A DNA stretch of 38,663 nucleotides from Candidatus Omnitrophota bacterium. GTDB lineage: Bacteria; Omnitrophota; Gorgyraeia; Gygaellales; Profunditerraquicolaceae. The notes under the pieces are model-generated. The model did no database searches. It was not told the origin of the DNA and saw only the letters and a program-made list of their open reading frames with translations. Position 1 is the first letter of the stretch; every line of letters starts with the position of its first letter. The stretch lies in the NCBI GenBank assembly GCA_028687345.1, contig JAQUAH010000001.1, positions 1 to 38,663 on the forward strand, read 5' to 3'. This document shows, piece after piece, positions 17,431 through 22,038 of this stretch. A program made the translations under genes and the position numbers.

Positions 17431-17502
17431 TGGGCCCAGAAGGAATCGGACCTCCGACCAAGTGATTATGAGTCACCTGCTCTACCGCTGAGCTATGGGC
17501 CC
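17431..17502 (-). tRNA. tRNA with CAU anticodon (elongator Met or, more likely, lysidine-dependent Ile2); CCA not encoded
   Basis: The reverse complement is GGGCCCATAGCTCAGCGGTAGAGCAGGTGACTCATAATCACTTGGTCGGAGGTCCGATTCCTTCTGGGCCCA. The anticodon loop is CTCATAA. It lacks the three G-C pairs of initiator tRNA. The anticodon arm and variable region (AGAGCAGGYGACTCATAATCRCTTGGTCG) closely resemble E. coli ileX as I recall it. Confidence 0.85.
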
Positions 17503-17620
17503 AAAATCTATATTCCCCATAGCGAATTCGCCAAGTCTTGTGGCGGAGAGCTATGGGCCCAAAATTTCAATCTACCCATAGCGAATCCGCCAATGCTTTG
17601 TGGCGGAGAGCTATGGGCCC
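17491..17620 (-). repeat. tandem 58/60-nt repeats, each starting with the first 12-13 nt of the tRNA(CAU) gene and folding into a long hairpin
   Basis: AGCTATGGGCCC ends at 17502 (the true tRNA 5' end), 17560 and 17620. The unit on the minus strand is GGGCCCATAGCTC-TCCGCCA-CAAAGCAT-TGGCGGA-TTC-GCTATGGG-TAGATTGAAATTTT. The two units are nearly identical apart from a few substitutions and indels. Confidence 0.8.
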
Positions 17621-17635
17621 GCAAAGCAATACTAT

Positions 17636-17664
17636 AATATACTATTTTAACTGGTATTTGGCAA
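17636..17664 (-). promoter_or_regulatory. candidate sigma70-type promoter for the repeat/tRNA transcription unit
   Basis: The minus strand reads TTGCCA (17664..17659), a 17-nt spacer, then TATATT (17641..17636). This ends about 15 nt upstream of the distal repeat unit. Confidence 0.35.
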
Positions 17665-17701
17665 GAAAAATTAAGGAAATTTTGAGGGATTTAGTTACGA
17701 G

Positions 17702-18550
17702 TTAGTATTCTAAAGTATGCCCTAAATTATTTAATACGTCTTTTACCGGAGCGAACCTGAAATCACGCAGAAGTTTTTTCAGCTTCTTAAAATTATTTTT
17801 TACCCCGATATATATCCTGAATTTATTCAGGGGGTCAATACCTAGCTCAGGTTGATACGGGTCAAACTCCGGGGGGTGCAAATAGACTATTGCCGGATGC
17901 CCCTTGTGATTTAACTTAGAGATGAGCATTTTGGTTAACGGATAAGGATAAAGCCTGAAATAACCGCCTCCTGCTGCCGGAAGATTTAAGCCGAAAAATT
18001 GACAGGTAGAAAGCGGGAATTCTATCAATTTTTTCCCTTCCTGCTGCCGCAATATATAAGGAAATCTGGGGGTATTAGACATGCCGTACTTATCATGAAT
18101 AATGGGGAAAATTGAAGAATCGTAGGCTATGCCATTCTTCATTAAAACATCAATCACCCACTGCGAATTAGCAGTAATGGAAAAACAGGCTGCCCTATGC
18201 CCTAATACTTTCTTACCGGTAATACTTTCAAGTAAGCTTATTGATTGCTTTAATTCCGCCTCAAACTCTTGCGGAGTTTGTTGATAAGCGCGCTTGTGCG
18301 ACCAGCCATGGCTAGCGATCTCATGCCCCTGCTCTGAAATTTTCTTTATCAAAGCTGGGTGCCTTTCAGCCACCTGGCCTAATACAAAAAAAGTTGCATA
18401 GACTCCCTCGCTTTTCAGCAGGGAAATTATTTTTTCCGTGTTCTCCTGCGCCCTCGAAGCATAAGTTCTCCAGAGAGAACGGTCCAGGTATTTTTCTAAA
18501 TGCGTATTGTGAAACCAGTCTTCTAAATCAAAACTCAGTGCATTTATCAT
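17702..18550 (-). CDS. polysaccharide deacetylase (CE4) with C-terminal DUF3473-type domain
   Basis: FDLEDWF, ATFFVLGQVAERHP, GHEIASHGWSH (metal-binding His) and GHRAACFSI are present. The DUF3473 hallmarks GGGYFRLYPY and YLHPPEFDPYQP are also present. It resembles the PEP-CTERM-locus deacetylase subfamily as I recall it. Confidence 0.85.
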   Translation of the reverse strand: MINALSFDLEDWFHNTHLEKYLDRSLWRTYASRAQENTEKIISLLKSEGVYATFFVLGQVAERHPALIKKISEQGHEIASHGWSHKRAYQQTPQEFEAELKQSISLLESITGKKVLGHRAACFSITANSQWVIDVLMKNGIAYDSSIFPIIHDKYGMSNTPRFPYILRQQEGKKLIEFPLSTCQFFGLNLPAAGGGYFRLYPYPLTKMLISKLNHKGHPAIVYLHPPEFDPYQPELGIDPLNKFRIYIGVKNNFKKLKKLLRDFRFAPVKDVLNNLGHTLEY

Positions 18551-18553
18551 CGT

Positions 18554-19651
18554 TTAAAAAACATCCCAATCTGCAAAAGTGATAAACCAGTTTTTCTTAT
18601 TTAAAAATAAATCCTTGTCAACAGTAGAAGAGTTTATTCTGCCAACAAGCACCAATTTGCGGGGATTGAATCCCGCAGGTACAGCAATAAAACCTGCATT
18701 TTTCAGGGCCTTGTAATAAATATTGCTTTTGAGGCAGGTGCTGATACATAAATCCATATCCTGGCTTCTGAAGTTGCTTAAGGCAGCGTCAAGCAAGGCG
18801 TCAAATATTTCCTGCCTGCCCGGCAACACAAAGAAGTCCATAATGATACCTGTTTTCAGGGAAAAAACTTCAGCATTTCTCATAATAATATACCCGGCTA
18901 TTTCTTCACCCTCTAAAGCGGCTAATATCTGGTAATCCTGCAGCGGTCTGGATTTGAACCTCCAATTGAGGTATCTGCTGTCTCTTGGTGCCATGATTTT
19001 TGCCTGGGCCAGAGAACGATTCCAGAAAATATCAAATTGGCGATCAAAGCTCTCTCTCGTTTCTATATTTATGTTATTTCTTTTAAATTTGAAATGAGAA
19101 AAACTCATATGGTAGAGAGGCTCTAACAGGTAAGATAAGAAACCAGACAGGCCGGGTTTCTTGGTTACCTTGGCTAAAATATTTCTTATTTTTAACGGTT
19201 TAACCAATAAAGGCAAGGTAGCAATATCAAAGAACCCCAGCCTATTAACAAATCCGGGAAGAGATTTTTGGTTTGGAAAAGCTATTGAAAAGGGAATTCT
19301 TGACCTGACAAGTTCTTGCATAGACGCTTGTCCCAGGCTCTTGAATACTCCCAGCCTTCTATAATCAGCGTGCGTCGCAAGATGCAAAACTAACCCTGTC
19401 TGAAATATCCTGTTATCTATTTTCAAATATTGCAGCACATTGGGATAATGCCCGATTATCCTGCCATCTTTTTCAGCAACAAATGTAATCGCACCGCCTG
19501 CAGGGTTATTACAATACAACCAATCCCAAAATTCCGGTATATAAATAGGCTGGTCAGAAGACCAATAACCGGAGAAAGTTTCCTTTAAAAACCCTAATAT
19601 CGCCTCTTTATCCTTTAATTCCGCTTTCTTTATCTGGTAATCCATATGCAA
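18554..19651 (-). CDS. GNAT-family N-acetyltransferase, two-domain (365 aa)
   Basis: The N-terminal GNAT core is ITFVAEKDGRIIGHYPNVL...LATHADYRRLGVFKSLG (acetyl-CoA R/Q-x-x-G-x-G/A-like motif). A second GNAT-like half follows (ALEGEEIAGYIIMRN...). The substrate is unknown. Confidence 0.65.
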   Translation of the reverse strand: MHMDYQIKKAELKDKEAILGFLKETFSGYWSSDQPIYIPEFWDWLYCNNPAGGAITFVAEKDGRIIGHYPNVLQYLKIDNRIFQTGLVLHLATHADYRRLGVFKSLGQASMQELVRSRIPFSIAFPNQKSLPGFVNRLGFFDIATLPLLVKPLKIRNILAKVTKKPGLSGFLSYLLEPLYHMSFSHFKFKRNNINIETRESFDRQFDIFWNRSLAQAKIMAPRDSRYLNWRFKSRPLQDYQILAALEGEEIAGYIIMRNAEVFSLKTGIIMDFFVLPGRQEIFDALLDAALSNFRSQDMDLCISTCLKSNIYYKALKNAGFIAVPAGFNPRKLVLVGRINSSTVDKDLFLNKKNWFITFADWDVF

Positions 19652-19653
19652 GA

Positions 19654-20040
19654 TTACTTCTTCTCTGTATCTTGACTTTCTGTCTTAGGCTTTTTTCCGT
19701 ATTTTTCTTTCATCTTTTGCATCATATCCTGCATAGACCCAATATCTATTTTTAACGCATCATCTGTTTTTAATTCTACTTCCTTTACGAGATTCAAGTC
19801 TTTGTCGTATTTGAGGAGCTTATTACCTGACAGAACAACAACGCCCCCGTCATTGGTAGCGACCATTTGCTTCTGCATCGCTCCCATCATATTCATCATC
19901 ATCCCGCTCATGGCTTCTTTCCCCATTTGCTTATCCATAGGTTTCTCTTCTGTTTTTTCTGCAGGTGTTTGGGCAAAAGCAACGACTGAACAAAATATCA
20001 GAGCAACAATTACCAAAACTAAAACCTTTACCTTGATCAT
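19654..20040 (-). CDS. secreted Met-rich small protein (hypothetical)
   Basis: It has a signal peptide (MIKVKVLVLVIVALIFCSVVAFA|QTP). Met clusters occur at KQMGKEAMSGMMMNMMGAMQKQM and GSMQDMMQKMKEKYG. An AAGGAGG RBS lies upstream. It is 3 nt from the GNAT gene. Confidence 0.6.
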   Translation of the reverse strand: MIKVKVLVLVIVALIFCSVVAFAQTPAEKTEEKPMDKQMGKEAMSGMMMNMMGAMQKQMVATNDGGVVVLSGNKLLKYDKDLNLVKEVELKTDDALKIDIGSMQDMMQKMKEKYGKKPKTESQDTEKK

Positions 20041-20095
20041 AGTAATACCTCCTTAAGGGTTCATTATACTACTGAAAATTCAAAATGGTAGGGGA

Positions 20096-20137
20096 TTTAG
20101 CGGGTCCCTGCCTGCCGGCAGGCAGGGACCCGCTAAA
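20096..20137. repeat. GC-rich palindromic (REP-like) element, copy 3: perfect 42-nt palindrome
   Basis: TTTAGCGGGTCCCTGCCTGCC|GGCAGGCAGGGACCCGCTAAA. I checked base by base that the two 21-nt halves are exact reverse complements. It lies in the intergenic gap between 20040 and 20173. Confidence 0.85.
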
Positions 20138-20172
20138 GAAAACAACTTATTCAGAAATGGTCTTATGGATAT

Positions 20173-20874
20173 TTATTTAACATCGAGAATATCAAAAGTG
20201 TAGGTATCCTTTGGCTTTGGTTCAGGATTTGATTTACTTCTACAAAAGTAATTATACTCTTTTCCGTTTTCGCCTTTGTATTTAACTCTTAGCGTCAACT
20301 CAATATTAGGAGGTGTTTTCTGAGCATAAGCACCTATCTCTGGCCCATATAAGTATGTCAAAAACTGGTTTGGATTTAATACAAATGCCTCTTCTTTTCT
20401 GCCTATAATCTTGTTCCATTCATCAGGTGGGGTTATTCTGTTTCCATTATCATTTATTTCCCACTTTATATCTACATCAGCAGCTTTTAAATTCCCAACA
20501 TTCTTTAAAAAAATATAACACAAAGCATGGGGAGAATTGGGACTCATCGGATCAGTAAAGCGTATCTGAACTATCAGCGGTATAGCAATTACTACCGGTC
20601 TATCTTCATTGATAGTTTTTAGATATCCTTTGATATGTGACTCGACTTCTAATGGCACAATGACTCTATATATTTTTTTTGAAATTGGTCTATTATATTT
20701 TTTGTTATACCAAATGTAAGATTGATATAGCAAAAGGAAAATAACGCCTATAGAGACAAAAAAGGCAATCTTAATAGCTCCCGTGTATTTTTTACTTCTC
20801 TGTATATACCAAAAAGATATAATTATACTTAAAGTTGAGATTACTAAAAGAATTTTCCACAGGGTTATGTTCAT
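20173..20874 (-). CDS. hypothetical membrane-anchored protein (2 N-terminal TM helices plus a roughly 150-aa soluble domain)
   Basis: The hydrophobic segments are ILLVISTLSIIISFWYI and IAFFVSIGVIFLLLY. Its ATG overlaps the upstream stop as ATGA (20871-20874). I recognise no family. Confidence 0.55.
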   Translation of the reverse strand: MNITLWKILLVISTLSIIISFWYIQRSKKYTGAIKIAFFVSIGVIFLLLYQSYIWYNKKYNRPISKKIYRVIVPLEVESHIKGYLKTINEDRPVVIAIPLIVQIRFTDPMSPNSPHALCYIFLKNVGNLKAADVDIKWEINDNGNRITPPDEWNKIIGRKEEAFVLNPNQFLTYLYGPEIGAYAQKTPPNIELTLRVKYKGENGKEYNYFCRSKSNPEPKPKDTYTFDILDVK

Positions 20875-21275
20875 ATATTTATCCTAAATAAAAACCCTCT
20901 CATTGTGTATAATAATGTAATTAGCGCTATTATTGAAATTACATAAGAGCTCACTGTTAATAAAAGTTTATTTTTTACTTTTCTGTTAAATTTATTGTTA
21001 ATTGCGAAGTTTAATAATGAAAGAAATGTATGAAAACCAAAAACTACGATTAGATAATTGGGTTGATACCAACTAGGACAATTTTCGGCTAAAAAAATAA
21101 TGTTTATGCCAGTACAGCTTCCCTGAAAACTTAGTGGGAAAATAATTGAAAAATAATTCTTTAGTTTGTTTATAGTAAAATAGTGCGTGATTTGAAGTAG
21201 TATAAAGAAAATTGAGACATAAAAAGCGGGAATTGATAATATATTGCAGAAGAGGTTATATATTTTATTAGTCAA
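20871..21275 (-). CDS. hypothetical polytopic membrane protein (about 4 TM), TTG start
   Basis: Four hydrophobic stretches are present. The only start in frame is TTG (21275..21273), preceded by AGAGGAAAG. The gene is very AT-rich. I recognise no family. Confidence 0.5.
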   Translation of the reverse strand: MTNKIYNLFCNILSIPAFYVSIFFILLQITHYFTINKLKNYFSIIFPLSFQGSCTGINIIFLAENCPSWYQPNYLIVVFGFHTFLSLLNFAINNKFNRKVKNKLLLTVSSYVISIIALITLLYTMRGFLFRINI

Positions 21276-21384
21276 TTTCTTTCCTCTAGTTGAAAATATT
21301 ATACTCCTAATTACAGTAAAATTTAATCTTTTTATTACTCTAAATTATTGGCTGTGATTGAGCGGTGGCGTGGAGGACCCACTG

Positions 21385-21834
21385 TCATTTATGCTTTAAT
21401 ATCTTAGAGGCAACTGTAAAAGATGGCTTGGAGAATTCGCGATTCTTGGATGAAAAAGAGAATGACGGTTTGGAAAATCCGTCCTTGTCAGTAGATATGG
21501 AAAACGAAGGTTTGGAAAATTCTTCGTTGTCAGATTTGATAGAGAATGAAGGCCTTGAGAATTCACCTGTATTGGTATCAATAGAAAAAGAAGGTTTGGA
21601 AAAATCTGCTCTATTGGAATAAATAGAAAATGAAGGTTGAGAGAATTCGCTCATCTTAGGAAGAATAAAAGAAGATTGCCTGCTAAAATCTTCGGAAAAT
21701 TTTACAAATTCACTTCTGTTTGTAAAGTAAATCTCCCTCTTCCCGGATCTTCCATCGCCAGCAAAAGAAGGCGTTAGAAAAAACCAAGCCAAAAGCATAA
21801 CTACCCAAGCAACTATTAATTGTTTTTTATTCAT
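21385..21834 (-). CDS. secreted tandem-repeat protein (seven 14-aa (E/D)FS(K/R/Q)PSFS repeats)
   Basis: The signal peptide is MNKKQLIVAWVVMLLAWFFLTPSFA|GDG. The repeats are EDFSRQSSFILPKM, SEFSQPSFSIYSNRA, DFSKPSFSIDTNTG, EFSRPSFSIKSDNE, EFSKPSFSISTDKD, GFSKPSFSFSSKNR and EFSKPSFTVASK. Its ATG overlaps the upstream stop as ATGA (21831-21834). Confidence 0.65.
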   Translation of the reverse strand: MNKKQLIVAWVVMLLAWFFLTPSFAGDGRSGKREIYFTNRSEFVKFSEDFSRQSSFILPKMSEFSQPSFSIYSNRADFSKPSFSIDTNTGEFSRPSFSIKSDNEEFSKPSFSISTDKDGFSKPSFSFSSKNREFSKPSFTVASKILKHK

Positions 21835-22034
21835 ATAAATTTGAAAATCTGCTGTAAAGCAAAAAATAATATTATCCCCACTGGCAGGCCGCCAAAAAAT
21901 AGTAATCCTAAGTCATACCAGGAGTAGTTAGTACCACCGAGCTTTGCTATAGAAATACATAGCATTTGTCCAAAGAAAATAGACAGCAAAAGAAGAATAA
22001 TATTGCTTGTCTTTATTAATATAGTTTTAATCAT
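21831..22034 (-). CDS. hypothetical small 2-TM membrane protein (67 aa)
   Basis: The two hydrophobic helices are NIILLLLSIFFGQMLCISIA and LGLLFFGGLPVGIILFFAL. It starts 4 nt after the GGDEF/HD-GYP stop. There is no clear SD, so the call rests on coupling and hydrophobicity. Confidence 0.45.
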   Translation of the reverse strand: MIKTILIKTSNIILLLLSIFFGQMLCISIAKLGGTNYSWYDLGLLFFGGLPVGIILFFALQQIFKFI

Positions 22035-22038
22035 TATA

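Noticed and set aside
17491-17620. tRNA-proximal repeats considered as integrase att-site duplications or a mini-CRISPR
   Set aside because: No integrase or mobile genes flank the tRNAs. The duplicated segment is the tRNA 5' end, whereas integrative elements usually duplicate the 3' part. Only two extra units exist and their unique parts are near-identical to each other. I therefore retained it as a repeat or structured-leader finding.
21365-21622. Plus-strand ORF (85 aa) encoding GLENS-type repeats
   Set aside because: It is the antisense shadow of the repeat region. The minus-strand frame has a proper signal peptide, an ATGA overlap with the upstream gene and the orientation of every neighbour. 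The plus-strand ORF has no RBS and no partner genes. I kept the strand question as a caveat in the finding.
21400-21700. 42-45-nt periodic DNA repeat considered as a CRISPR-like array
   Set aside because: The conserved core is only about 17 nt and is degenerate. The so-called spacers are similar in composition and are in frame. The periodicity is a multiple of 3 and translates into a coherent 14-aa protein repeat. No cas genes are nearby.
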